From an uncultured Verrucomicrobiae bacterium (GTDB lineage: Bacteria; Verrucomicrobiota; Verrucomicrobiia; Chthoniobacterales; UBA10450): a stretch of DNA of 64,000 bases. Position numbers and translations under genes: made by a program. The number at the start of each line of letters is the position of its first letter. Position 1 is the first letter of the stretch. The stretch lies in NCBI GenBank assembly GCA_963726745.1, contig CAVSDR010000006.1, forward strand, positions 928,001 to 992,000, written 5' to 3'. Under the pieces are notes generated by a model that saw only the letters and a program-made list of their open reading frames with translations, did no database searches and was not told where the DNA came from. Shown piece after piece: positions 1 to 12,034 of this stretch.

Positions 1-603
1 GGTGATCTCGTCGGCTAAATTCGCGATCTGCGCTTCGAGCGAAGGGCAGCGGTATTTCTGCCCCGTGGGCTCAGGCGGATCGTAAAACGCGCGATGCTTC
101 TGCAAGCCCTCGCGCACTTCGAAAGTAAGATTGAGCCCGGGAAAGTTCGGGTAAGCCGATTCCAGCAAGTCGACCACGCGCAAGCTTTGGTCGTTATGCT
201 CGAAGCCGCCGTGCTCGCGCATGCATTCCGCGAGCATCTCCTCGCCGGAGTGACCAAAGGGCGGATGCCCCAGGTCATGCGACAAGGCGATCGCTTCCGC
301 GAGGTCTTCATTGAGCGACAAGGCGCGCGCAATCGTGCGGCTGATCGAGGCCACCTCGATCGAGTGCGTCAAGCGCGTGCGCAGATGATCGCCGGTGCCG
401 TTCAGGAAAACCTGCGTCTTGTATTCCAGCCGGCGAAAGGCCCGCGAGTGAATGATCCGCGCGCGGTCGCGCTGGAATTCCGTGCGGAAAGCATGCTGCG
501 GCTCCGCGTATTTTCGCCCGCGCGAGTCGCCGGATTTTTGCGCGTAGCGCGCAAGCATGCGCTGCTCGTTTTCCTCCATCTCCTCGCGCGTCTTCCAGCT
601 CAT
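1..603 (-). CDS. dgt: Deoxyguanosinetriphosphate triphosphohydrolase (dGTPase), 5' part; runs off the window start
   Basis: Manual translation from ATG 603: [77 protein letters not shown] (HD-domain dGTPase motifs). Not in the ORF track because it has no stop in the window. ATGA overlap with the upstream gene. Confidence 0.93.
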   Translation of the reverse strand, partial: MSWKTREEMEENEQRMLARYAQKSGDSRGRKYAEPQHAFRTEFQRDRARIIHSRAFRRLEYKTQVFLNGTGDHLRTRLTHSIEVASISRTIARALSLNEDLAEAIALSHDLGHPPFGHSGEEMLAECMREHGGFEHNDQSLRVVDLLESAYPNFPGLNLTFEVREGLQKHRAFYDPPEPTGQKYRCPSLEAQIANLADEIT

Positions 604-932
604 GGCGCCTCCTTTTCCGCCGCGGTCTCGCGCAGCGCCCGCCGGGCCGCACGCGCCGCCGCGCGCACCAGGAGGACGTCAAAAATTGCCAGCAACAAGG
701 CGGTCAAAGTCAGCCAGGCGCAGCTCAGCCAATAGATGATGAAGAGGACCGCATGCTCCCGCGGATTGAGGAACTCGCGCAAGAAAGTGCTGCCTAAAAA
801 CAGCATCGCCATCGCCGCGACCAGGAGCGCAAACATCGTCCAGCGACGCGCGCTTTGATCGCGCAGGATTCCGCGCGCCGACTGCGCCGCGAATCCCGGA
901 AGCTCGAGGTTCTTTTTTGGCCCTGTTTCCAT
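600..932 (-). CDS. Hypothetical membrane protein (2 predicted TM segments)
   Basis: 110-aa ORF with two hydrophobic stretches, between pdhC and dgt, coupled to dgt by a 4-bp overlap. Confidence 0.7.
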   Translation of the reverse strand: METGPKKNLELPGFAAQSARGILRDQSARRWTMFALLVAAMAMLFLGSTFLREFLNPREHAVLFIIYWLSCAWLTLTALLLAIFDVLLVRAAARAARRALRETAAEKEAP

Positions 933-947
933 GGCCCAAAGGGCTGG

Positions 948-2273
948 CTAAATCAGGAGAAGCGTCGGGTTCTCCAGCAACCGGCGCAGCTCCTTCAAAT
1001 ATTCCGCGCCCAGGGCGCCATCGATCACGCGGTGATCGCAGCTCATCGTGATTGAGAGGCGATGACCGACCTTCACCTGGTCGCAATCGTCCACCACGGC
1101 GTGTTTCGAAACCGCGCCGATCGCGAGGATGAAACCCTGCGGCGGATTGATGATCGCGGAGAAAGAGTCGATGCCCATGCCGCCGAGATTCGAGACCGTG
1201 AACGTGCCGCCTTGGAATTCCTCCGGCTTCATGCGCTTGTTACGCGCGCGGCCAGCGAGATCCTTGACCGCCTCGCTGATCTCGCGCAGCGATTTTTTCT
1301 GCGCTGCGCGCACGATCGGCGTCACCAGGCCGTCCTCGATCGCGACCGCAATCGCGAGATCGACGTCCTGGTATTGCACGATCGCGTCGTCGTCGAAAGC
1401 GGCGTTCACTTTCGGCACTTTCACCGCGGCATCGACCGCGGCTTTGAGGATGAAATCGTTCACCGTCACCTTGGCGGTATCGCTCCCTTCACCAGCAGCC
1501 TTCAATTCCGCGCGGGCGGACATCAGCGGGCCGGCATCGATCTCGATCGTGAGATAAAAGTGCGGGACAGGGCCTTTGCTCGCGACCAGGCGCTCGGCGA
1601 TTACCTTGCGCATGCCGGAAAGGGTAATGCGCGCGCCCTCGGCGGCCTTCGGCGCGGCGGGAGCGGCAGACTTTTTCTCCGGCGCGGAAGTTTTGCCAGC
1701 AGGCTGCGACTTCATTGCGGTGCGGACGTCGGACTCGGTCACGCGACCGTCCGGACCGGTGCCTTCAATCTGCGCAATCTCGAGGCCTTCCTCAGCCGCG
1801 AGCCGGCGGGCAATAGGCGACGCTTTCACACGCGCTTCGCCTTCGCCGCGTGCAACGGGAGCGGCAGCTTCCGCCGGCTTCTTTGCCGGCGCAGGCGCCG
1901 GGGCGGCCGCGGCGGGTTTCTTTTCCTTCTCCGGCTGCGGTGGCGCGGTCTCTTTCTTTTCGTCCTTGGCCGGGGCGGGCTGCTCGGTCTCAGCCGGCGC
2001 TTCCTTCTTTTTCTCCTCGGGCGCCGGGGCGGCTTCGCCCTTCTCGCCGATGAAGGCGATCTTGACGCCTACTTCGACCTTGCCGCCCTCCTCGACGTAA
2101 ATCTCGGTGAGCACACCGTCTTCCGGCGACTCCCATTCCATCGTCGCCTTGTCGGTCTCGATCTCGGCGATGACGTCGCCCGCGGAAACCTGATCGCCTT
2201 TCTTTTTCTTCCAAGCGACCAGGGTCCCCTCGGTCATGGTGTCGCTCAGCTTCGGCATCTGGATTTCAGGCAT
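948..2273 (-). CDS. pdhC: Pyruvate dehydrogenase E2, dihydrolipoamide acetyltransferase
   Basis: Lipoyl domain (EIETDKATME), Ala/Pro linker, E3-binding domain (ASPIARRLA..GTGPDGRV), catalytic DHRVIDG. Confidence 0.96.
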   Translation of the reverse strand: MPEIQMPKLSDTMTEGTLVAWKKKKGDQVSAGDVIAEIETDKATMEWESPEDGVLTEIYVEEGGKVEVGVKIAFIGEKGEAAPAPEEKKKEAPAETEQPAPAKDEKKETAPPQPEKEKKPAAAAPAPAPAKKPAEAAAPVARGEGEARVKASPIARRLAAEEGLEIAQIEGTGPDGRVTESDVRTAMKSQPAGKTSAPEKKSAAPAAPKAAEGARITLSGMRKVIAERLVASKGPVPHFYLTIEIDAGPLMSARAELKAAGEGSDTAKVTVNDFILKAAVDAAVKVPKVNAAFDDDAIVQYQDVDLAIAVAIEDGLVTPIVRAAQKKSLREISEAVKDLAGRARNKRMKPEEFQGGTFTVSNLGGMGIDSFSAIINPPQGFILAIGAVSKHAVVDDCDQVKVGHRLSITMSCDHRVIDGALGAEYLKELRRLLENPTLLLI

Positions 2274-2285
2274 GGCTTCTTCTCG

Positions 2286-3277
<992 letters not shown>

Positions 3278-3281
<4 letters not shown>

Positions 3282-4243
3282 GGCACGTAGGTGTAGTTGC
3301 GGAGTTCCTCGAGCGGAGGTTCCGGGCTTTCCTCAGCGAACTTCACGCTCGCGAGGGCCGTTTCCTTGGCCGCCTTGTCCATTTCGTCGAACTGCTCGTT
3401 AGTCAATTTGCCTTCGCGAGTAAGCTGGGCGCGCAAGCGCGTGATCGGATCGTCCAGGCGATACTTTTCCAGCTGCTCCTTCGTGCGATAGCTCGCCGGG
3501 TCCGACATGGAATGGCCGCGGTAACGGTAGGTGCGAATCTCGACAAAGGCCGGATGCGGCTCCTTGCGGATGTCGGCCACGATTTCCCCAAGCTTGTCGC
3601 GGACGTCGCGGAAATTCATCCCGTCGATCACGGTGCCGGGAATGTCGTAGCCCTCGGCCCGGTCCACGATCGCCTTGAGCGAAGTCGAACGCTCGACCGA
3701 GGTCCCCATGGCGAAGAGGTTGTTCTCGCAGATAAAAATAACCGGCAACTTGTAAAGCCCCGCGTGATTGAGCGCCTCGTGGAAAGCGCCCTGGTTAATC
3801 GCGCCGTCGCCGAAAAAGCAAAGTGTAACGCGATCTTCCTCGCGATACTTCGAAGCGAAGGCGAGCCCAGTGGCCAGCGGCACATGCGCCGCGACGATGG
3901 CGTGACCGCCATACATGTGGTTCTCCTTGTCGAAATAATGCATCGAGCCGCCGAGACCCTTCGAGCAGCCGGTGGCTTTGCCAAACAACTCCGCCATGCA
4001 GGCATCGGCCGTGGTCCCGCGAGCGAGCGCATGCGCATGATCGCGGTAGGCGGTGATCAGGTAATCGTCATGCCGCGTGGCCGCCACTGCGCCCACCACG
4101 ACCGCTTCCTGCCCAATGTAGAGGTGACAAAAGCCGCCGATCTTCTGCGCTTGATACTGCTGACTGGCGCGCTCCTCGAAGCGGCGGATCAGCAACATCA
4201 GCGAGAGCATTTCGACCTCGTCGCGTTGCTCCGGCTGGGACAT
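3278..4243 (-). CDS. pdhA: Pyruvate dehydrogenase E1 alpha subunit
   Basis: GFCHLYIGQEA, TPP-binding GDGA..N, YRYRGHSMSDP. Start taken at ATG 4243; the ORF-track extension overlaps the upstream gene. Confidence 0.95.
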
Positions 4244-4248
4244 GCCGG

Positions 4249-4836
4249 TTACGCAGTTCGAGGCTGCGCCGTGGCGGCGCGTGATGGCGATGTGCTGCGC
4301 CCCAGATGGAAACAGAGGACGAAGAGACCGGTGAAGAAGAGATCGCTCGCGAGCGAATTGCGCAGGAACATCCACGTGGGCGTGGCGCTGTAAGCCGGCA
4401 AGCCAACGGTGAGCGCCTGGAACAACCCAGCAAAGTTCTTCCCGTAACCCGGATCGCTCAGCCAGGAGACGGCATTGGTGAGCGCGTAGAAAATCAAAGT
4501 GCCGGCAACCGAAGCCGGCAGGAGCGTCTTGAGCGAGACGCGATTTTGCAGGAGCAAACCGAGCCCGCCCACGGCGAAGAGCGCGAAATAGCGCGCGAGA
4601 ATCAGCGGCTCCAGCATGGAAGCGGCGTAGAACCAGTTCAGCACGAGATCGGAAATGAGGAGCGCCGCCAGCGGCACGGTGAACTTGTAGCCGCGCGGAA
4701 AATACGCCGCGCTGCAGAGCGCGATCGCGGCCAGCGGGGCAAAATTCGCCAGCCAACCGGAGGTCGGCTGCACGTAGACGCCGAGAACGATTCGGTAGGC
4801 AATCGTAGCCAGGACAAGGAGGAGAGCAGGGAGCAT
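4249..4836 (-). CDS. Integral membrane protein, DUF6580-like (putative transporter/ECF S-component-like)
   Basis: NFAPLAAIALCS..PLAALLISD..FYALTN..Y...GL.....GLP..F.RNSL.SDL pattern; about 5-6 TM segments. Confidence 0.7.
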   Translation of the reverse strand: MLPALLLVLATIAYRIVLGVYVQPTSGWLANFAPLAAIALCSAAYFPRGYKFTVPLAALLISDLVLNWFYAASMLEPLILARYFALFAVGGLGLLLQNRVSLKTLLPASVAGTLIFYALTNAVSWLSDPGYGKNFAGLFQALTVGLPAYSATPTWMFLRNSLASDLFFTGLFVLCFHLGRSTSPSRAATAQPRTA

Positions 4837-4909
4837 GGCGGGATGACCTTTCAACAAGTCGAAGCGTTATGCAACGCGCTTTCTAGAAGCGCCCTGCCGC
4901 TTCGTCTCG

Positions 4910-5173
4910 TTAGGCTGCGCTGCTCTTCGCGGCCGCGGTGCGGACCTTGTTCAGGCGCGCTTTGCGACGGTTGGCGGCATTGCGATGGATGACGCCATTC
5001 TTGGCCGCTTTGTCGACCGCCGCAATGAGCTCGCGCTGACTCTTTTCATCCTTTTGCTCCGCGGCGGAAGCTTTCTTGTTCAAGCCGCGCAGGCGGGTGA
5101 GCACGCTGCGATTGCGGAGCGAACGCACAGCGGTCTGCCGGGCGCGTTTCGAGGCGGATTTGGTGTTGGCCAT
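4910..5173 (-). CDS. rpsT: 30S ribosomal protein S20
   Basis: MANTKSASKRARQ..RN..DKAAKNGVIHRNAANRRKARL. Confidence 0.97.
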   Translation of the reverse strand: MANTKSASKRARQTAVRSLRNRSVLTRLRGLNKKASAAEQKDEKSQRELIAAVDKAAKNGVIHRNAANRRKARLNKVRTAAAKSSAA

Positions 5174-5196
5174 GGTAAAGGGAAAGCTGGGCGTGG

Positions 5197-5225
5197 AGGG
5201 TCGTGGCGCGGGGAAGTTTTGTCAA
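5197..5225 (-). promoter_or_regulatory. Putative sigma70 promoter of rpsT
   Basis: Minus strand TTGACA-17 bp-GACCCT. Confidence 0.45.
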
Positions 5226-5256
5226 CCCGCGGACGCAGCGAAAACAGGCAGTAAGA

Positions 5257-5955
5257 TCAGGCGTCGCGGTTCCGCTGGGCGATGCGGATGACGGCCGCGC
5301 CTTTGTCCTTCGCCGCCGGCTCGGGCGAGTTCGCGATCGGGAGATCGCGGCCCTTCTCGCTGGGGGCATCGGGCGCCTGGTATTGGAAGATCACCTTGGC
5401 CTTGGGAACCTTGGGGAGCTTATCCGGCACCACCTGCACGACGGCGCCGACCGGGAGTTGGCTGTAGAGCGCAGCCACGTCTTTCGATTTCATCCGGATG
5501 CAGCCGTAGCTCGCCGGCCGGCCGATGCTCTTCTCCTCGGCGGTGCCGTGAATGTAGATCGAGCGCGAAAACGCGTGCGCCGTGGAAGCTTCGAGACCGC
5601 GCAGCCAGATGATGCGGGTCACGATCGGGTCCCGCCCGGGCGCGTTCGGCTTGAGGATTTCGCCCGTAAAACGACGATTGTGGAAGACCGCACCGACCGG
5701 GGCGTGGTCGCCGATTTTTTGCGCCACCGCCATCGCGCCGATGGGGGTGGTCATGCGGCCGAAGCCGTCGCCGAGGCCAAACTTCGAGGTCGAAACCGGG
5801 TAGGTGACGACGCGGGCGCCATTCTGCAGGAGCATGAGCTTTTGCTCCTTCACGCTCACGATGACCTGGTTCACCACCGGGGTCCCGCCCTCGGCCCAGA
5901 TAGTCGCCGCGAGCGCGAAAATCAGGCCCAGAGGGAGGAGCGCGCGGCGAAACAT
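5257..5955 (-). CDS. L,D-transpeptidase (YkuD family), exported
   Basis: Signal peptide MFRRALLPLGLIFALAATIWA; YPVSTSKFG..TP.G; catalytic IYIHGT..SYGCIRM. Confidence 0.9.
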   Translation of the reverse strand: MFRRALLPLGLIFALAATIWAEGGTPVVNQVIVSVKEQKLMLLQNGARVVTYPVSTSKFGLGDGFGRMTTPIGAMAVAQKIGDHAPVGAVFHNRRFTGEILKPNAPGRDPIVTRIIWLRGLEASTAHAFSRSIYIHGTAEEKSIGRPASYGCIRMKSKDVAALYSQLPVGAVVQVVPDKLPKVPKAKVIFQYQAPDAPSEKGRDLPIANSPEPAAKDKGAAVIRIAQRNRDA

Positions 5956-5986
5956 CGTTTCCCTAGTAACAACTTTTATGCCGATG

Positions 5987-7492
5987 TCACGCGGGAAGCG
6001 GCATTTCCGCACGGGTGCCGCCAAAAAGATTTCGCGGGAAAGCGTGCAGGAGCGAGCTCATGGAAACGTAGAGGAACCCGAGCTGGAACATGAGCAGGAA
6101 AGGCACGGAGAGGTATTGCCCGTGCCGAATGGCGAACCAGAGGAAGTAGGTGAAGTAGAGCGCGAAGGCCAACTCCAGCATCGGCAGGAGCGACTTCAAC
6201 GGCATGTATTTCGTGGTGCTCCAGCTCTGCTTTTTGTGCTCGATGCCATACTTCGGCGTGCGCGCGAAATCCGACTCGTGATTGAAGACCGCTTCGAGCA
6301 CAGCGCGCGCATTGTTCAGCGAAAGTCCCACGCCGAGCGCGAGCAAGGCCGGCAAGAGGAGCATTTCCTTCATCCAGGTGCGCGGATGGAGTTCGCGCTG
6401 CGCGCAAATATAAAACACGGCCACGGAGAGCGACGCCGTCAGGAATATCGGCACGTCGACCAGGAGCATGCGGGCCCAACCCGTCTGCGGACCGCCGACC
6501 GACGGATGCAGGAGCACGCAAAGGCAGGCCAGCAGGAGGTAGGCAAAGTTCGAGGTCAGATGCGCGGTCGCCTCGATCTTCAGCGGCAGCGCGAGATTGC
6601 TCCGCCAAATCGTCGGCAAAAGTTTCTTGCAGGTCTGGATCGAGCCTTTCGTCCAGCGATGCTGCTGCGACTTGAAGCCGTTCATGTCCACCGGCAACTC
6701 GGCCGGCGTAATCACGTCCGGCATGAAGATGAATTTCCAGCCGGCGAGCTGCGCGCGATAGCTTAGGTCGAGATCCTCGGTCAGCGTGTCGTGCTGCCAG
6801 CCGCCGGCTTCCTCGATGCAGCTCCGGCGCCAAAGGCCGGCGGTGCCGTTGAAATTGAAGAAGCGGCCGCTGCGGCTGCGCGCGGTTTGCTCCAGGAGCA
6901 AATGCCCGTCGAGGAACATCGCCTGCACCCGCGTGAGCAAGGAGTAGGTGCGGTTCAAGTGGCCCCAGCGCGTCTGGATCATGCCCACCTGCGGGTCGGT
7001 GAAGAAGTGCACCGTTTGCTGGAGCAAGTCCGGCTGGGGGACGAAATCGGCGTCGAGGATGCAGACAAAGTCGCCCTGCGCCGTGGCCATGCCCGTCTCG
7101 AGCGCGCCGGCCTTGAAGCCCACGCGATCCGTCCGGTGGATCAGCTCGACATTAAAGCCGCGCTCCTGCAAGGCGGTCACGCTCCGGCGGGTCAGTTCGC
7201 GCGTGTCGTCGGTGGAGTCGTCCAGCACCTGGATGTGCAGGCGGTCGCGCGGGTAATCCAATTCGCTGACTGATTTCAGGAGCCGCTCGGCGACGTAAAA
7301 TTCGTTAAAAATCGGCAGCTGCACGGTCACCTTCGGCAGCTCTGCGAACTGGGCCAGCGGCACCGAGGCCTTCCGGCGATTCTTCAAGAAAAGGTAGATG
7401 ATGAAGTAGCGATGGATCCCGTAGGCCGAGAGCACGGTGAGGACGCTCAGATAACAAAAAGTCCAGATGAGATAACCGACGCTGCCTTGCAT
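5987..7492 (-). CDS. Glycosyltransferase family 2, cellulose-synthase-like membrane enzyme
   Basis: VTVQLPIFNE, VLDDSTD, GFKAGAL, ILDADF, TEDLDLS and QQHRW (QxxRW) motifs plus TM helices. Confidence 0.92.
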   Translation of the reverse strand: MQGSVGYLIWTFCYLSVLTVLSAYGIHRYFIIYLFLKNRRKASVPLAQFAELPKVTVQLPIFNEFYVAERLLKSVSELDYPRDRLHIQVLDDSTDDTRELTRRSVTALQERGFNVELIHRTDRVGFKAGALETGMATAQGDFVCILDADFVPQPDLLQQTVHFFTDPQVGMIQTRWGHLNRTYSLLTRVQAMFLDGHLLLEQTARSRSGRFFNFNGTAGLWRRSCIEEAGGWQHDTLTEDLDLSYRAQLAGWKFIFMPDVITPAELPVDMNGFKSQQHRWTKGSIQTCKKLLPTIWRSNLALPLKIEATAHLTSNFAYLLLACLCVLLHPSVGGPQTGWARMLLVDVPIFLTASLSVAVFYICAQRELHPRTWMKEMLLLPALLALGVGLSLNNARAVLEAVFNHESDFARTPKYGIEHKKQSWSTTKYMPLKSLLPMLELAFALYFTYFLWFAIRHGQYLSVPFLLMFQLGFLYVSMSSLLHAFPRNLFGGTRAEMPLPA

Positions 7493-7781
7493 AAAGAATG
7501 TGGAACGGAGAGTTGCCAGCGACTCGGCCCCGGCAAGGGCGACATGATGGCGGTTCCGATGCTTCCGTCAAATTAAAAATCGGCGTTTTCCCTCGGAAAA
7601 CGTGCCTGAAAACGGCTCCTTTTTCGCCTTGCCAGAGGTGGCAAAAAATCACCGAAACAGCCCGCATGGGCGCATCCCGCGCGCCTCCCGGCGGGCGGGC
7701 TATTCGGCCCTTGCTGGCTCCGGCCATGCGGTTGACCTTGGCGGTCTGATGGCGCCGGGTGAATCCAAAGGAGCAAGGCAC

Positions 7782-10275
7782 ATGTCAGCGGAAGGCCGCG
7801 ATCGCGGGCGTTTCGAGCGCTTTAATATCGTCCTCGCGATTCTGCTCGCGGGCTGGGTCCCCTCGATTCTCATGCTGGTGATTTCCTACACCATCCTGAC
7901 GAATACCTTGGAATCGAAAATCCTGCGCGATCGCCAGACCTTCGTGAAATTGATCGCCCACCTGGTAGGCGACGATTTCACCCGCACCAGCGGGATCATC
8001 GAGTACCTACCAGACCCAGCCAGACGTGACCAACCTGCTGGCTGCGCCCAACCCTGAGGCCGCCGCGCAGCAGTGGATCAGCCAGACGTTCTACTCCCAC
8101 CCGCGGATCGACGGCATGTTCATCGCCGCGCCGGATGGACGCCTGGTGGCCGCGATTCCGCCTGTGCCCGAGGACCGCGCGGCCGTCCTGCCGGTGGAAA
8201 CGTGGGGCGCTGCGACCAGCGGCGAGAAATCGGTCTTCGTCACCCCGGTGCACCCGCGGCTGGCCGATAACCGCATGACCACCGATATCGTCGGGGCGCT
8301 GCGCACGCCCGATGGCCAAGTTGCCGGCTATTTTGGCGTCTCCGTGCTGGTGGAGCGCATGGGTCGCCGGCTGGCGACGGTGAATTTTTCCGACCAAGCC
8401 GTCTGCCAGGTGATCGACCAAAGCGGCGCGGCCCTCTTCACAGATGATTTCCAGCCAAACACCGCTGCGCTCTCAAAGGAAGCGAGCGAGCTGGTGAACG
8501 AAATCCGCGAAGCGAAGTCCGGTTCGTTCGAGCGCCACGAGAACCTTTATTCCTTCAGCCCGGTGGATGCGACCGGCTGGGTCACGGTGGTGGAGCAGGC
8601 GCGCTCGGTGGCTTACCAGCCGGTGCGCGATCTCCTGGCGAAGATCACTTTCCCCGCGCTCTGGCTCATCCTGCTCACAGCGGTAGGCGCGTGGTTAGCC
8701 GGCAAGTTCACCAGGCGGCAATCGGAAGCAGCGCGCCGGATCGAGCGCGAGGTCATTTTCAACGAGAAAATCCTCGCAAACATGCCCAGCGGGATCGCGC
8801 TGGTGGATCCGGACTCGCGACATTTTCTCCAGGCCAACGACGCCTTCGCGCGTATGGCTCGGAACTTCGGCGGTCTCGCGGAAGCGAAAGACATCTATGA
8901 CGCTTCCTACGACGAGGTGAAAATCGCCCCGCCCGATGCCGTCGAGCGCGTGCTTTCCTTCGGCGCGCCCTTCCAGTTGGTGGAGCAACCGTTCACCGAC
9001 CGCGGCGGCGCGACCCATTTCGTGAATGTAAACCTGCTTCGCCTCCAGGGCCCGGAGCGCCGCGTGCAGGGCGTGCTTTACTTGATCGAAGACCGGACGC
9101 GCGACGTCACCCTGCGGCAGGAATTGATCGGCGCGAACGCGGCCAAGGACAGCTTCCTCGCGCTGCTCTCGCATGAATTGCGCAACCCGCTTTCGCCCGT
9201 GATCGCGATGGTGGGCGAGCTCGAGGCGAGCGCTTCGCAAAGCGACGAGATGCGCGCCGCGCTCGAAGTCATCCGGCGAAATGTCGAGCTCGAGGCGCGC
9301 TTGATCGACGACTTGCTCGACGTAACTCGCATCGCCAAGGGCAAGCTGCAGCTCGCCTTCGAGACGGTGAGCGTGCACGAGATTCTCCATCGCGCGCTTG
9401 AAATTTGCCGCGAGGAGATCACGCAAAAGCCGCTCGGGATCGAGTTCCGCCTGCGCGCTGGCGAGGTGTATGTGGAAGGCGACCCCGCGCGCCTCCAGCA
9501 GGTCTTTTGGAACCTGATCAAGAACAGCGTCAAGTTCACCCCACCGCACGGCCGCATCGTCATCGAGACCTTGAACGCCACCGCCGGCGAGATCGAAGTG
9601 CGGGTGAGCGACACCGGCATCGGCATCGCGCCCGAGAAAATCGGCAAGATCTTCAACGCTTTCGAACAGGGGCAAAACTCGATCACCCGGCGTTTTGGTG
9701 GGCTCGGGCTGGGCCTGGCGATCTCGAAGGCGATGGTCGAGGCGCATGGCGGAAAGATCGCGGCGCAGAGCGACGGGACGGACCGCGGGACGCAATTTGT
9801 GGTCGCTTTACGCACGGTGGCCACGCCGGCCCGGACGGACGCAACGACCGCGCCGGCCTCCGGCGTGACCGAGCAATCCAAGGTGGCGATGGAACAACGC
9901 GCCCCGCGTTTGCTCGTGGTGGACGATCACCACGACACCTGCACCGGCATGAAAATGATGCTCGAGCGCCGCGGCTTTCGCGTGACCATTGCGCATTCCG
10001 CGGATGAAGCGATCGCCTGCTCGGAGCAGGCCGACTTCGATCTTTTAGTCAGCGACATCGGTCTGCCGGATCGCTCCGGCTACGAGCTGATGCAGGAATT
10101 GCGCGCGAGCAAAAGCCTCCGCGGAATTGCGCTGAGCGGCTTCGGGATGGAAAACGACGTCAGCCGCGCGCACGCCGCCGGCTTCTCCGAGCACCTTACG
10201 AAGCCGATTAATTTCGAGCGGCTCGAGCAGGCGATCCACGGTCTCCTCGAGGAGGAGACGGCCGAGCGCGGCTAA
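7782..10275 (+). CDS. Hybrid sensor histidine kinase/response regulator (TM-Cache-TM-PAS-HisKA-HATPase-REC), frameshifted near 8007
   Basis: LSHELRNPL H-box, QVFWNLIKNSVKFT, DTGIGI, GGLGLGLAI, C-terminal receiver (VVDDH..SDIGLPD..KP). The N-terminus from ATG 7782 joins the 8026 ORF if one C is removed from GAGTACCTACCAG. Confidence 0.9.
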
Positions 10276-10295
10276 GCGAACCTAGGGCTCGGCGG

Positions 10296-10697
10296 CTAGG
10301 CTGTGGAGGAGCCGTCGCGTTCCACGGGCGCGATGGCGCTCCCGCCTTCCGGACGTTCGGCCCCGTTCGGGCCGGTCTTTTTGTCGGCGGCTTCCTTGAG
10401 TTCGCGCGAGAGTTTTTCCACCCGCTGGCGCATCACTTTGCCGGCTTTGAATTTCACCGTTGCCCGCGGCGGGATCACGAAGCTGCTCCCGGGCTCGTTC
10501 GGGTTCCGCCCGACCCGCGGCTTGGTCAGCCGGGTTTGGAAAACGCCAAAGTTCCGCAATTCCACGGCGACGTTCTTGGCCAGGCTGTCGGTGATGTGAT
10601 CGAGCGTCCGCTGGACGACCTCGAAGACCTCATGCTGCACCATCCCGGTTTGATTACTAATCGCCACCACGATGTCCCGCTTAGTGAGCTTTGCCAT
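10296..10697 (-). CDS. HU/IHF family DNA-binding protein with C-terminal extension
   Basis: MAKLTKRDIV..VELRNFGVF..RVGRNP..IPPRATVKFKAGK. Confidence 0.93.
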   Translation of the reverse strand: MAKLTKRDIVVAISNQTGMVQHEVFEVVQRTLDHITDSLAKNVAVELRNFGVFQTRLTKPRVGRNPNEPGSSFVIPPRATVKFKAGKVMRQRVEKLSRELKEAADKKTGPNGAERPEGGSAIAPVERDGSSTA

Positions 10698-10803
10698 ACA
10701 GTTGAAACGTCCTCGGTGCCCGAAAACACATACTTGGATTTCCCCACGGGACAACGCTTTCCGCCGGAGCCAACCAGCTCGGACAGCGCTGGACGACTGC
10801 GGT

Positions 10804-11235
10804 TTAAGCGGCTTCCTCGCGTCGGAGAAAGCGCCCTACGTAGTAAGATACGGCATTCTGAGCGGCGAGTTCTTTACGTTTTGATTTTAATTGGCCCTGG
10901 AGCACCCCGAGCTTCGTAAAGACCCCGTTCCAATCTGCTTCCATCCGGCGCGCGTCTTCCCCGCTCATCTCGCGCACCCCGCGCACGGAGACGCCGCGGT
11001 TGAGCACATTCATCGCGCGGGAAGAGAGCTCATTGAGCACGCCCAACTGGGTAAAGACGTGTTCCGTTTCCTGCAAGAGATTCGCCCGGGTCTCGGTAAA
11101 GAGGCGTTCCTGCTCCACGGAGATGATCGGCTTGGCCTTGTCCAGGCCGTAGGTCACGAGGTCGTGCAATTTCTTCCAGCTATCGAGCTGGAGCGTGAGC
11201 AGGCGGAGTTTCAGTTCAAGCGGCTTACTGATCAT
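10804..11235 (-). CDS. Hypothetical alpha-helical protein
   Basis: 143-aa ORF, natural amino-acid composition, 6 bp downstream of the DUF4388 gene. Confidence 0.75.
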   Translation of the reverse strand: MISKPLELKLRLLTLQLDSWKKLHDLVTYGLDKAKPIISVEQERLFTETRANLLQETEHVFTQLGVLNELSSRAMNVLNRGVSVRGVREMSGEDARRMEADWNGVFTKLGVLQGQLKSKRKELAAQNAVSYYVGRFLRREEAA

Positions 11236-11241
11236 AAAAAA

Positions 11242-11973
11242 TTAAAAGGCGGAGGACAGCTCCATGGTCTCATCGAGCTTTTGCAGGTTATCGATCAAGA
11301 GATGGGCCCATGGACGCTGGACGCTCTGCACCTGGCTGATGATGCCTTCCTCGAAATAGAAGCGCCCCTGCCGCCAGCGGAAGACTTCCGCCACCGCCGC
11401 TTCGCCCTCGAGCGAGCCGAAGACCGCGTGGCGGATGGTGCCATGTTGCAGGTAAATTTCGCTGTTGCCGCGCCCGCTCTTGAAAGTGAATCGCCCGCTC
11501 CGCTGTCCCAGGCAGCTCATCTGCAAAATTTCCGCCGCGGCGAACTGGTTCAGGTTCCCCACGAGCGAATGGCAGGGATCGATTCCTTCGGAAGCCTCGT
11601 TCCCGCTCCGGCTGAGCGAGCCGACGAAGCGTCTTAAATTGGCCGCCAGCTGGCTGGTGCTCCGCGATCGACGAAGGGCGACGATGTTATGCTGCCGGCC
11701 GGCTTTCGCGAAGCTCGACTCTTCCGGGTTCGGCGTCAGGCAGGCGACGCAGAGGGAAGGGAAATGCTGCCGGGCGCTGATCGCCTGCTCCATCAGCAGC
11801 GACGCCTCGCCTTCGATGATGAAGCCGTCGAAATTCTCCCCTAGGAGAACGCTGATCGCCTCCGGCATCGAGCGGACAATGCGCAGGTCGACGGCCGGCA
11901 GCTCATAAAGCACGGCGACCGCGCGGTCTTCGAAGACCGGGTCCGGGTTGAGGTGTAAGATTCGAGTTTCCAC
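11242..11973 (-). CDS. DUF4388 (PATAN-like) domain protein with degenerate N-terminal receiver-like region
   Basis: GNLNQFAAAEILQM..RSGRF..G.IYLQHGTIRHA..GEAAVAEVFRWRQGRFYF is the DUF4388 pattern; GTG start at 11973 chosen. Confidence 0.8.
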   Translation of the reverse strand: METRILHLNPDPVFEDRAVAVLYELPAVDLRIVRSMPEAISVLLGENFDGFIIEGEASLLMEQAISARQHFPSLCVACLTPNPEESSFAKAGRQHNIVALRRSRSTSQLAANLRRFVGSLSRSGNEASEGIDPCHSLVGNLNQFAAAEILQMSCLGQRSGRFTFKSGRGNSEIYLQHGTIRHAVFGSLEGEAAVAEVFRWRQGRFYFEEGIISQVQSVQRPWAHLLIDNLQKLDETMELSSAF

Positions 11974-11997
11974 GACGAAAATAGCTGCAGAGTCTTG

Positions 11998-12013
11998 AGC
12001 AAGAACCCTGCCC
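11998..12013 (-). promoter_or_regulatory. Candidate sigma54 -24/-12 promoter of the DUF4388 gene
   Basis: Minus strand GGGCAGG-GTTC-TTGCT; GG-N10-GC spacing. Confidence 0.5.
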
Positions 12014-12034
12014 ACCGCGGAGCCAAGTGGGCTG

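Noticed and set aside
94..735. 213-aa plus-strand ORF
   Set aside because: It is the antisense shadow of dgt, whose motifs are clear on the minus strand.
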